Shown here: positions 25,607-37,573 of the stretch, piece by piece
Numbering within the stretch: position 1 is the first letter of the stretch
How the letters are laid out: each line of letters opens with the position of its first letter
From: Vitrella brassicaformis CCMP3155
Taxonomy: Eukaryota > Protista > Chromerida
Assembly (NCBI GenBank): GCA_001179505.1
Contig: CDMY01000339.1
Coordinates: 49,337 to 113,336, forward strand
Length of the DNA: 64,000 nt
Direction of reading: 5' to 3'
Made by a program: the position numbers and the translations under genes
Notes under the pieces: generated by a model
What the model was told of the DNA's origin: nothing
Databases searched by the model: none
Seen by the model: the letters and a program-made list of their open reading frames with translations, nothing else

Positions 25607-25740
25607 CCACACACACACTCACGCAGCGCGCCCAAGCGTACCTTCACAGCAGTTGCGGCATATGCGTGCAGGTGTGTCGTGGCAGCCCTCTCATCATGCG
25701 ACAGGGACGACGGCAGCAGGAACACTGTCGGCAAACGCAT
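22119..25740 (-). CDS. Intron-rich tyrosine recombinase (phage-integrase/Xer fold) with two SAP-like domains and a double zinc ribbon
   Basis: Spliced protein: SLEGMKVTQLRDICRTLCVSAKGRKDELIDRL; SLEKLTVVELKSICREMDRYVSKHMRKADII; FCPSCGASLPKKARFCPECG; HLGSVPLTDLTPKHWEDYL; FTADEVRRLLDAC; GLGLRPSELVQVRWEDVD; GSKT; PYILRHSFAT; VMRHTSSKMLLETYAK; stop at 22119. The first 1-2 exons and one exon near 22700-22820 are uncertain. Confidence 0.9.
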
Positions 25741-25752
25741 CACCGCACGGCT

Positions 25753-26475
25753 CTCACACAAGATCTCTCAACAGCTCGGCGCTGCTGGGTGTTTGTGTCA
25801 TGGCCCTCGGAGGCGAGCGCAGGTCAACAGAGCAAACTCGTCATCGGCCTCACAGCCGTGGTGGATGGCTGCAAACAGACGGGCAGACAGAGGAGGACAG
25901 AGGAATGACTTGCAACCCAGTGTCCTGTTGAGGTTTCAATCGGCTCTCTCTTCCCACCTGTGGGCAGCCTGGCCGCCCTCTGATGAGTTCGGGCTCCAAA
26001 CTCACCCAGATCTGTCCGCAATGGTGCGAGCTCGAGTGAAAAGAGTTTCCTCTTTCTTTTCCTTCTTTCTTTCGCTGGATGGTCCTCTGGACTCCCACTG
26101 GCCAATCTCGTGCACTGAACAAGGGAAAGAAATGTGTCAGCTGTGAGAAAGAGGGCAATTCGATCCTCACTCGATCACCGACTTCGACAAATTCGTTTTG
26201 CTGTTTTATCACATCAATCGCTCCGCAGGGAGACCATTCACAGGACGAGTGAAAGAAACAGCCGAAAGGAGCGCAGCAAAGGCTGGGGGTTTGGCGGGGG
26301 CCTAAAATGCGAGCTCACATTCTTCGCCGGGGATGCAGTGAGGGCAGATGGGCTCTCACCCACAGTCTTAGAGGGCTTCAGATCTGCTTCGCGTTGCTGC
26401 AGCTGACAAAGATCTCTCGTGGCCTCGTTGTGTGACCGACGCAATGTTCCTCCTCGTGGTGAGCCAACAGCCGCT
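25753..26475 (+). repeat. ~700-bp direct repeat (second copy 33163-33830) containing the 5' exons of an unknown gene
   Basis: Both copies begin CTCACACAAGATCTCTCAA, then ATGGCCCTCGGAG(G/A)CGAGCGCAG|GT, with HLWAAWPP.DEF.LQTHPDL and QFDPHSITDF.KFVLLFYH. Confidence 0.85.
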
Positions 26476-27609
26476 GAGCCGCCTTGAGGCACCGTGAGAG
26501 CACCAAGAGCACTGACGTACGTGCTGGGCCGTTTGCTCGGCACCATTGGTTATCTGTGTGTGTCTGTGCAGCAGGGAATATTACACGCACTGCACACTGT
26601 GTGTCAATCAGGCGGGAGGCTCAACTACGGCCTGCGTGAAATCGTCGCGCAGCTGCTGCCAGCAGCAGGAGGCGGCTGACTATGCCATGGCGGTGTGCAT
26701 ATCGCAGGAGATCAACGCGGAGCTGCAAGCCGACGTGTGAGCGAGATGGTCAGATAGAGCTGAGAGGACAACGGACAACACAAATGACATGACGTATATG
26801 TCTATGTGTGTATCAGATTGATGCAATCTGACCAAGGAGGTCGTTCAGTGCCGCTGGGTGACATGGCTGACCGAAAGGTCCGCTTGCCCAACTCGCCCAC
26901 GCCCGTGTGAGCAGCATTCATTTGGTGGTGTATCTGTGACCGACAGACATGCATCGGGAGCGGCACATCGCCGTCGGGCGAGTGCTATGAAGTGGTGTGT
27001 GACGGCACCGGGAGAGCCCCCACGGCCAGCGAGGGGCGACTCATTGGCGGCATCGACAAGGTCTGCGATGACAGTGGCGTTGCGAGAAGGGGAGGTGTTT
27101 CTGTCGATGCGGGAAGGGGAGGTGATGCGGCCATGGGGGCCTTGCTGTGTGCAGCTGCGATTGGTCAGCATTTTGGCTGACGAATGAATGAAGTCTTAAG
27201 CCAACAGGCTGCATTGTTTTGGGGTGAGGTCTTTCTTGCCCACTGACTGACAATGCTTTTTATGAATCTTGTGGACGAGCGAATGGATGGATGGATGGAA
27301 CACAGGACCGCTCCTTTTTGTGGACGGATGCTGCCCCATTGTGAGAAAGTGTGTGTGTGCGTGTGTGTGTGTGTGCGCGCGAGAGACGGCCGTCGATGCT
27401 TCCTGCCACACATATGGACAGAAGAATGCATAGACACTGGCCAGACGCTCAAAGGCTGATTCAAATCCTTTGGGCGAATGGCAGGCAGCGTCTAGCCGTG
27501 TGTGTGTGCGTTGAATCTATCTGTAACCGAGACGCTCGTCAGTGTCAATACAATTCAATCGACACACGACGAATCCTCCACACACTTGCTAACTCAGTCA
27601 GTCAGTCAG

Positions 27610-30600
27610 TCAGTGTCTGCCGTCAGCTCTGCGATCTATTTGTGCCTCGAGTCGTGTCCTCTCCGTCTGGACGAAGCCGTGGGTTAGCTGCCCTTCGTTG
27701 CGCATGACCTGGTTGTACAGGTCACGGTGCGCCTCGAACAAGCCCACTGATGGCAGCGGCACACCATCGCCATCACGACCCACAGGCGATGCACCCTGGC
27801 CCTCTGCTGTGGCTGCTGTGACTGCCGTGGTGAGGGCTCTGGCCCACTGCTGCATGAGGTGGGGGTCATGCGCACCCGTTGGGCGGTTGTAGCGGGCCAT
27901 GTCGTCTCGGTGGCGGCCGACGTCGGGCACAAATCGGGTGAGGTACTCGCCCTTGGTCGAGAAGCGATGGATATTGGCTACGTAGTGGCTCGTGTTCTGA
28001 ACGCACGAATCAACGAATCAATGATTCGTTCGATCGTATACACACAAAGACAAGTGTAGTGTGTGTGCGTGTGTGTGTGTGTGTGTGTAGGGTGGCTTGC
28101 CTGCTCTAGTTCGTCTCTCATGGGCTGGAATGGGCTGCCGGGTCGCATGATTGTGTTGCGCTGGGCCGTCTTCCAGAGGTCGGGCCACTCGATGACGTCC
28201 ATCAAACGCCAGTACACCTTAGGTACACAGAGAGTGGATGGACACACAGAAACAGACAGACAGACAGAATGCATCTCCCTCTCTCCCTGTGAATGTGTGT
28301 GCGAAGGAGGGGGGCAGGGGAGGTACCGACCGAGACGATCCTGCCGTATTCCTCGAGCAGCTGTCCCTCAGGCGGGTGGCTGCACACAACACACAACAAG
28401 GCAATCAACCACCCAGCCATACATTCATGCCAGCCAGCCACGCAGAGCCTCTCCCTCTTTTGCTCACTTGCTGAGCATTTCGAACGTGCAGTGGATGACC
28501 ATGCTCAGCGCCAGAGTCACCTCCGTCTGCCGGTATTCATCACACCCAGGGCTCTCCTCCTCCCCCTCCTCCTCCTGCTGCTGCTGCTGCTGCTGCCGCG
28601 GCTGGCCTCTGGGTCTGGCCTCATCCAGGCATGTTGCCCACAGGCAGGCCAGCATGCTGGCCCCGTCGTAGCAGCGCCCCGCCACTATCAGCTCGTAGGC
28701 GGACTTAGCCACGTTCCCTGTGAATAGCACGCACCGGTAGAAGCCGTAAAACTCGCGCTGCAGCTCTGCAAGAGTGGGGCGCTGTTGCTGCTGCTGCTGG
28801 CTGTCGCTGCGGTGCTGCTGGGGCGGCCGATTGTTGTCGCCAACGACCGCGGGGCTTTCTTCGGGAAACCTGTGCGGGGCCGCGCGCGTCGCCTGGTCCT
28901 GCAGACATGCACACAGAGACAGATGGGCCTCGATGGATGGATGGATGGGATCATGTGTGTGATTGTGCATGGACGCACGGACCTTATGTGTGAGTAGGAA
29001 GCTGTTCTCGCCGTCTGGGTCGAGGTCGACGATGACCTCTGTGAGGGCCTGGGTGACCTCGTCGGGCTGGCCGGCCTCCTGCGGCCGGAGGAGCTCCCTG
29101 ATCTCGGGGTGCTGACGCATCGCCTGATCCACCTGCTGCCTCAGCAGATGACGGTCCAGTGTCACCGTTGCGTGCCTCCTGTGGCCCCTGATGCATCAAG
29201 GCAAATGCAGGGCACAGATACACACACATCCACGGCTGTCTGTCGGTCTGTCTGTCTGTCTGTCTGGGTGGGTGGGTCGGTTGGTGCCTACCATGTGTTG
29301 CGTGTGTATGTCCAGTGGTAGGCGACGAAGAGGAAGATGAAGCACTCGAGGCTGCGGAGTCGGGGGTCGTGTGCCTGGTCCTTGACGGCCTGCACGTTGA
29401 GGGCGTTGGGCTGCCAAAAGCGAAGCATGTAGTAGCAGTCACCTTCCTCGTTCAGGTACTCGTGGCGACGGCCCGCGAAGGCCTGTTGGTGGGACATACA
29501 TACAAACATGTCCATCCATCCATCCATCCGCGCGTGCATGCAATGCGTACGGTGTAGATTTCGGTGGCTTTTGCGAGTATCCCGAGGCGCCTTTCGTGCT
29601 CCTGCCAGTCGTCCACTCCTCGCTCAAGCGCCTGTGGATGGCCAGTCACCACCATGCATTGCGTTGCATGAGCCCTCCCGTGCGGTCTCTCGCATTCATC
29701 CATCCGTACCAGGTTGTCTTTCTCGATCTCGTCGATGAGGTGTTGGGGCACCTGCCGCTTCAGGTAGTCCACAACCAGCCCCCCATACTCATGCGCATCG
29801 CTGGCCACCACATCCGCCCCGCCCTCGCCGCCTCCCTCCCTCTCCTCTGTTGGCCAGCTGCCACCATTGCCATTGCCATTGTCATTGCGATTGCTCGCCT
29901 CTGCAGGGTGCTGGTGGTGTGTGGGTGGGAATATGATGCTGAGGTTGTCGATGCATCGGGCGGCGTAGGACTGGTCGACGTATACGGCGACGTAGGCGTT
30001 GGTGCCGTTGGCCGACCTGGTGCCCTCCGCATGCAGCATCACCTGACATGACACAGAGAGAGAAACATAGGCGGATGGATGGATGGATGGATGGGGAAGC
30101 ACCACATGTGTACTGACCTCCTCTGATGTCACGGTTGACACGTTTGAGTCGCCGACTCTGTACCAGGTGCCTTGCACAAGGTTACGCAGATACGCCCAGT
30201 AACGACCTGCATACAAACATACAGTGGGAGAAAGGACACAACGGACACGAAGGAAGCATGAATGGCCACATTCACTCTCGCTTTCCCTCTACGCACCTTA
30301 TCCAGCTTCACCCTGCGGACCCAAAGACAGGCACACAGCACACATATAGACACACAACACATGTTCTCTCTCCCGTCTGCCTGCCTGTATGTATGTATGT
30401 AAGTGTGCGTGTACGCACCTGGTGAATCCACAGTGCGTGCAGGTGGTAAGGGTGGTCCTGCATGTGCCCATGCGCCTTGTCGATCTTCCCCCTGAGCGTG
30501 TTGACCCGGCTCTCCAGCTCGCGACGCTGCTCCTCAACCACACTGGCCGTGGCACCCAACACACTCGCCGCGACATGGACCTTCTCAGCCGCACCATCGC

Positions 30601-33133
30601 CCAAGCCCGACAGCAGTGATGTAGCAAGTTCGTCGTCCGTCTGGTGGCCGACGTGTGTGGCCTTCTCGAGTCGCTCGAACAAGGTGGCGGTCGAACGGAT
30701 GGCCGCCTCGCTGATATGGCTAAACTGCTGCAGCTTGCTTTCCAGCTGCATCGTGACACAGAGGGAGACAGGTGGATGTTCACACAACCCTCTTGTCTGT
30801 GTGTGCCTGGGGTCCCACCAGTGCTTTCTCCTGCTTGAGCTTGGCGCACGACTTCCTGATGGCGAGTGCCTCGGTCCTGTTGGCGTACATGAAGCGGTCA
30901 ACGAAGATGGGCGTGGCGAAGCGGAAGGGGTCGTTGAGCTGGACCTGCTGCTCGGCCGTGTAGTCGAACACCACACGAGGCAGCTGGAAAAACAGCACAC
31001 TCGGGCTGCGCTTCATCCACCACTCACTCTGCACCTGGTGTGCACACAAGACAACACAAGGTGATGCATACAATGGAGGACACGCCGTCTGTCTGTCTGT
31101 CTGTCTGTATGTCTGACCTGTATGGTGCTCCTGCCTGGTCGAACTCCTTCAGGCACTTGGTACTCGGCTTGGTTGAAGTTCTGGCTCTCCCATCCGCCGT
31201 ACAAGTTCTGCTGCTTGAGGTCCAGAATCACCTGGTGAAACTCGCGCGTCTCGTGCTCTTCCAACACACCACCACTACCACTACCGGTCCCCTCCTGGCG
31301 GCCCGCATCTCTCGCACCGTCATCCATGACGTCGGATTCCCTGGGAGCGGCCGCAATGGTCGCTGCAGGTGGCTGGGGCCGCGTGCGGTGGAGCAGAGGG
31401 GCGAGGAGCGACAATGGCGCGTTGGCAGGAGCCGTCAGTACCTGACACACCGAAGAGCAATGCACGAACTGCCTACTCTCCCTCCCTCCCTGCTCATGCT
31501 CACCTGCACTCCCTCTCCAAAGAAGACCTGCCTGAGCACACTGACGCCCACATTGCCCGCCGCCTCCTGCTGCGGCGGCTGCTGCTGCTGCTGCTCGTCA
31601 CCCATATTGCCCATGCTCATCTTGTCCGCTCCATTAGGTGCTCCTGCCGCCGCTGCTGCTGCTGCTGGTCCTGCGGAGTGCTGCTGTGTATTGGTGGGTG
31701 GAGATGGGAGGTGGGTGCTGACGGGTCGTGGCAGAACCATCGCACCCTGCATGAAGCCTGATGGGGTGAACAGATGCAGACAGACAGACAGACAGGGAGA
31801 TGGTGTCGTGTGCGGCTTTGTGGGGCAGTCTGACCTTCCTCTAGCCGTTCGAAGAATTCGCCTGAAAACTGCCCCACATCCTCCTGTGTGCCTAAAGGGA
31901 TGGACCGACCCAATTAAACCATCCACGAACCGCACACACCATTAGGTATGCATGACGGTGTGTGGCCGCAGCAGTGCAGGTGTGTACCGTTCTCGTCGAC
32001 CAGGTGGCTTAGTACCTTCCTGGGGCTAACGCACTTGCGCTTCGACAGCAACATGTGCGCAAACAGACGGCGCAGCTCCAACACTATGTGTGAGGACAGC
32101 CACCACACACACAATTCCCTCGTACGTATGCCCGTGCTACATGTGCATGTCTGCCCCGATTGCACACCTAGAGATTGCGATGCTGTCTGTCCCCTCCGTT
32201 TAGCGGCGCTCGAGTGTCTGATACGACACACCAACGCGCGTAAGACTCTAGAGCCCCTTAGGCTGCATTTGTTGTCGTCACCGTCTCGCTGACTCCTCGC
32301 CCAGCGGCGCAGCATCGGCCATCGTACCCTCACCCTCACCGCTAGCAGCACTGCACAGACACACACAAAGAAAGAGAGAGAGAGAGATATGACGCCACCC
32401 AAGGCCCCTTGAAGTGTTCCCTTACTGACCCATCGGTGGTCTCTCTCTCGCTTTTTGCCGGCAGTTCGCTTTCCTCGCGATAGCGCAGCACACAGTCGAC
32501 AAGGCCGGGCACCAGGAAGAGCGTCTGGAGGGAGAAATTGACGTGGTGGGCCGATAGACAGAGAGAGGGACGCACGAATGGACGCAGAGAGAGGGAGAGG
32601 TGCGTGTACAGGTATGTTTGCCTTTCGCAACTCACGGTTTCCGATGTGTTGGAGTCCGCACGGCTCGCCTTGTTTCCGTCCTCGCTTGTCTGGGCCTGAC
32701 GGGTCGGCCGCATCTAATGGTGGGTCCGTCTGCTGCTCTGGTGCGATCTGCTGCTCCTCATCAGACATGGCGGGGGCTGACAGAAGTGGACAACACCACG
32801 GTGGTCGGTTGGTATGAGTGGCCTCCACATCCATCCCCTGGTGACCTGCACACACACACAACGCACCCATCGTCCATCTGTCGGCCGCTCACAGACAGAC
32901 ATACCTCCCCGATCATCTGACTGCACACGCAGCAGCGAGGCGAGAGCAGCCTGCACATCGCCCCTCTCCTCCAGAAGCTTCTCCCTGATTGCACGACGTC
33001 CTTTTACACGCGCCGATGCCTTTATGTGCTTATGGTCGCCGGCTGACCTTGCGGCCGCCTCGGGGAAGCCCATCTCGATGATTGACCGCAGCTTCTCGGC
33101 AAAACCACCGCCACAAGGCGCTGAAAGCCACAT
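27610..33133 (-). pseudogene. UBA + USP25/28-like ubiquitin-specific protease, inactivated
   Basis: UBA EKLRSIIEMGFPEAAAR...DVQAALASLL; Cys box PCGLQHIGN; QEDVGQF; PSVLFFQLPRVVFDY...PIFVDRFMY; His box YHLHALWIHQGEAG*GRYWAYL...WYRVGDS. In-frame TAA at 30298-30300. Confidence 0.88.
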
Positions 33134-33162
33134 GGCGGGCCACGCACTGACGGGGCCCAGCC

Positions 33163-33830
33163 CTCACACAAGATCTCTCAAGAGCTCGGCGCTGCTGGCA
33201 TTGAGTGTCTGTGTCATGGCCCTCGGAGACGAGCGCAGGTCAACCGAGTATCCATGGCTGCAGACAAATGAGGACAGAGGCATGACTTGCGTCCTAGTGT
33301 GCTATTGAGCTTTCAATTGGCTCTCTCTTCCCACCTGTGGGCAGCCTGGCCGCCCTTTGATGAGTTCATGCTCCAAACTCACCCAGATCTTCCTCCGCAA
33401 TGGTGCGAGCTACAAACTCTTCCTCTTTCTTTTCCTTCTTTCTCTCCTGAATGGTCCTCTGGACTCCCATTGGACAGTCTCGTGCACCGAAATGGTCAAA
33501 GAAATGTGTCTATTCCGTGAAAAAGTGCAGTTCGATCCTCACTCGATCACCGACTTCGGCAAATTCGTTTTGCTGTTTTATCACATGGACCGCTCCACAA
33601 TGAGCCCATTGACACGACCGGTGAGAGAAACAGCCGAAAGGAATGCGGCAAAGGCTGGGGGTTTGGCGGGGGCACAAAATGCGAGCTCACCTTTTTCCTT
33701 TGTGAGGGCTCCCGCGTACTCCTCCAGAGGGCTTCAGATCTTCTTCGCGCTTCCTGCAGCTGACAAAGATCTCTCGTGGCCTCGTTGACCAGCGCAATGT
33801 TCCTCCTTATGGTGAGCCCACAGCCGCTGA
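33163..33830 (+). repeat. Second copy of the ~700-bp repeat/gene fragment
   Basis: Aligns with 25753-26475; ATG at 33216. Confidence 0.85.
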
Positions 33831-35485
33831 GCCGGCAGAGGAAACAAAAGGCCGCCAGATCTGCTCCATTGCTTCCCTTTGTGACACAGACAACAGAGGC
33901 ATGTCTGTCTGTCTGTCTGTTTGTGTGTGTCATCTTAATGTGTGCAGGTGTGACTGACTGAATGGCTTCGACGCGCTGCTGGTGGTGATGTGCGCTGAAC
34001 CAAGAAAGATCGGCCGATGCGCCGACGGACCTGATATGACTGAACTGAATCTCTCTCTGTGTCGTGTTTTGGTTGGGTCGGCCTTTTCCCCCTGTGTGTA
34101 TCAGAGCGTATTATGTGGTTTTGCTGTCGGTCCGTCTGGCTGCCATTGTCATCTCGTCTCGGTCCTCTACGCCTCAGCCGTCTGCTGCCATGAGTGTGTC
34201 GGCCGATGAGTGGGGGGCGGGGGAGAGATGACAGACAGACAGACAGACAGACAGAGAGTGAGGATTGGCTGGCTGGCTGCACAAAGGAATCGCTGTGTGG
34301 GGTGGCGGTGGCCGTCTGTCTGTCGCTCTGCGGTGTGGGACGGGTGCTCGCGAGAGTGTGTCGATCTCTCGTCGATGCATCCGTCACACACGGCCGGCAC
34401 ACAGACAGACAGGCGGGCCGATACACACACACAGATAGCTTGCCTGAGAGAGAGAGAGAGTGTTTTGGCAGCTGTGTTTTGGTTTCGCCTTGTGTGTGTC
34501 CTCCCCCCTCTCCCTCTCTCGCTGTGGGCATCTGCAGGCACGTGCGGCAACCTCAGAGCGTCAGCCCGTGAAGGGTGTTGGTGCTTTAGGGCTGCCGGGC
34601 GGCGACAGAGATGCCCACAGGGGGGGCGGGCGAGGGAATGGACACACACACGACTGCTCACCCATCAGACCAAATATGAGGCAGTGGATGGGTCCTTTTG
34701 GCGGCTGCCTGTATGTCATGCTTATATCCCTACACAGAGAGGGATCTGTCTATCTGCTTGGCTGTCTGTTCGTTCTCCACGTATTCCATGTGTGCCTGCT
34801 GTATGGGCCACCACACTCACATGTGGTCACATGGATGGATGGATGTGTGTCTGTGTGTGTGTGTGAGAGAGTCTGGCTTCATAAGTCACAGTCAGAGAGA
34901 GAAAGAGCGAGCGTGGTGTCTTGGTATTTGGTGCTGCCTGCTGTCATTCGCTTGTCTGCCACCTTACACACTGAGTGTTGATCGTTCCTTTCTGTGTGGC
35001 CGGGGTGGCCATCGAGCGGCTGACTGACACACACCATGCATCCACACACACAAAGGGAAGGATCACTGTCTGTCTGTCTGTCTGGTTTGTCATGGTGTAT
35101 CTATCGATGTGTGCGTCACTTTTGACTGAGTGACTCACGTGGCCAGTGGGGTGGGGAATGATGTGGGCAGTGAGCACACAGACACTGAATTGAGTGGATG
35201 TGTGGGTGTGTTCAATGAAGGAACGTATGTGCGAAGAAGACAGCTTCTCGCATTGGATACGCCAGCATCAGTCCAACAAATTGATTGGTGGATAAACGGG
35301 ATGGATGTGCACACCCTCTTATGCTGCCGTCCATCCCATAAGCAGTCCATCCCATTATTTACAAGCACACTACACACCACACAACAGGCAGCAGATATGT
35401 TAGAAAAGGCATATACAAATGCGAGTGACACTGTCAGGCAAACACGCCACCCCAAAGACACACACCCATCCCCCCTCCCCCTCCC

Positions 35486-36976
35486 TCACTGCGTCACCAC
35501 CTGCAGTATCTCGATCTCATCCGCCATGAAGTAGGGCGAAGGAAAGCTACCCCCCGTGCAGAACCTAGGCAGCCATTTGCTGTAGATCTTCTGACAACAG
35601 CTGCGGATGTCGGCAGCTGGCCAGCCACTGGAATGGCCGTGACCCAATTCCAGATACCCACCGACCTCCACCTTCGCACCACGACCCACACTCCCATCCC
35701 TCCCCGCCACATACACACACTGATATCCTCGGTGGATGTCTATCTTGGTGGGCTGGGCGAAGTGCCCGGCCAGCGAAAACCACCACACATCACACTCGTA
35801 CTTGCGCCTGGCGGTGGGGTCGTCGGGCTCCTGAAGGCCGTCACTGATGAAGACGCCGAAGACGTACTCGTCCTTGCAGATGACGAACACCAGGTCCCAC
35901 TCGTCGCCGACACACCGGAGCAAATCATCGTACTTGGTGCCATCACGCGATGCCCTGATGCACAGACATCCAGACACCAAGGAAGAGAGACAAGCCATGC
36001 ATCTCTTCCTCCACTACAGCAGATGTCCGTCGACTGCCTACCGGTAGAGCAGCCTCAGTTTTGTGTTGCACCCCAGCCACTCGGTGAACAATCGGTCGAG
36101 CTCGTCTTGGCCACCGACCACAGCAGCAGCAGCAGCAGACACACTACTAGACGAGCCTCGACCACCTGTGTCCGTACACAAATCCATCCATCCATCCATC
36201 CAATCAGATGAGTATACGGCCAGGCGGGTGGACGTACCGGCTGGCGGTGCTTGTGGGTCATTGACAAACGGGCTGCCGTGGTCAGCCGACGACTGCACAT
36301 CGACACAGACGCGGCAGAGAGCAATCATAAGTGCTCTCGTCGCCTGTGGCTCTCGCAGATGTGCGTACCTGAGGCGTGGGTCTAGACGAATGGCTACGCA
36401 GTCGAGTCGAATGGCTACTGGAACGGCGCTGCATGGTGGTGGGCCGTTCTCTGTAGTGCGCCGTGTGGTCGGCGGGCCACTCATCCAAGTAGATGATGCG
36501 GATCTCACTGGGCTTCTCCTTCAGCTCACCCCTAAACACACACACAGAGAGAGAGAAAGCTGATGTGACACTTGCCGAGCGTCTGTGGGTGGAGAGAGGG
36601 AGGGGGAGCCTTACGCCATATTGTCCTTGTATCCAACGATCGCCACTCTGAGGCCCAGCTGCAGGCAGTCGTCGATGGTGTCAGAGAAGTCCTTGTCGCC
36701 CGCAAACCTGAAGCAATGCATTCTGCCAATGCTCCCTCGCTCTCCTCTGTGTGTGTGTCTGTGTGCTCACAGAACTATCGTCGTGATTCCGTCACTGCAG
36801 CCGTCAGCTGATGAAGACGCCGCCGACCCTCTTGCACCGAGGCGCGAGTTCTCTGACACGGCAACCGTCACACACGAGTCATTCTCCACCTTTTTGGCCT
36901 TGCTCCGCTTTCTTACCATAGGCCGTTTTGAGCATCCGGCGGACTATCATGACGTCGCCGCCCTGCACCCAACCTG

Positions 36977-37027
<51 letters not shown>

Positions 37028-37573
37028 ATACATATGAGACCGCCCCGCACTCGTGCCGATCTCTGTCCATCCCGCTGACCTTGGAGCTTTTCGCCCCGTT
37101 CGCTGTAGCCGACATTCTGCTTCTTGAAGTCGCAGAGGGCCACAGTGACTCGCGACTTGATGCGCTGCTGGTGACGCAGCTCGTTGTGGAGCGTGATGCG
37201 CTTTTCTTTGCTGTCGCTGTGCCTCCCACGAGCCACCGTCGAGTACCTACACAAAGCACAGGCATGAGAGCACTCTGGCGTGAAGCGGTCTGTGTCTGTG
37301 TCTGTGTGTGTCACCATTTGTCGGGATCTCCGTCAACGAAGTGGGTCTGCACGTTCTCGACTCCCAGCGTGTTCGCCACATACTCGAGCATGCTGAGGAA
37401 TGTGTCAGCGCTCATAGCAGACCCCCGCCTCTCCTTGAAGCTATCCTGCACACACCAACAGCACCCAGCAACACATGAATGCATCGTTAGCCCATGTGTC
37501 TGTGTGACTGTGTACGCGCCTGTATGTACGCTCCATCGACGATGAACATGGCTTTGGGCTTCGTCGACGCCAT
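35486..37573 (-). CDS. NYN (PIN-like) ribonuclease domain fused to TLDc
   Basis: MASTKPKAMFIVDGAYIQ; QGGDVMIVRRML; ITTIVLFAGDKDFSDTIDDCLQLGLRVAIVGY; ELKEKPSEIRIIYLDEW; then KLRLLYRASRDG...FMADEIEIL. Frame is continuous if intron 1 uses a GC donor (37518-37519). Confidence 0.85.

Noticed and set aside
12440-25740. RT and tyrosine recombinase as one DIRS-like element
   Set aside because: The RT is non-LTR type with its own endonuclease-type C-terminus, lies 6 kb away on the other strand with unrelated genes between, and the recombinase is intron-rich.
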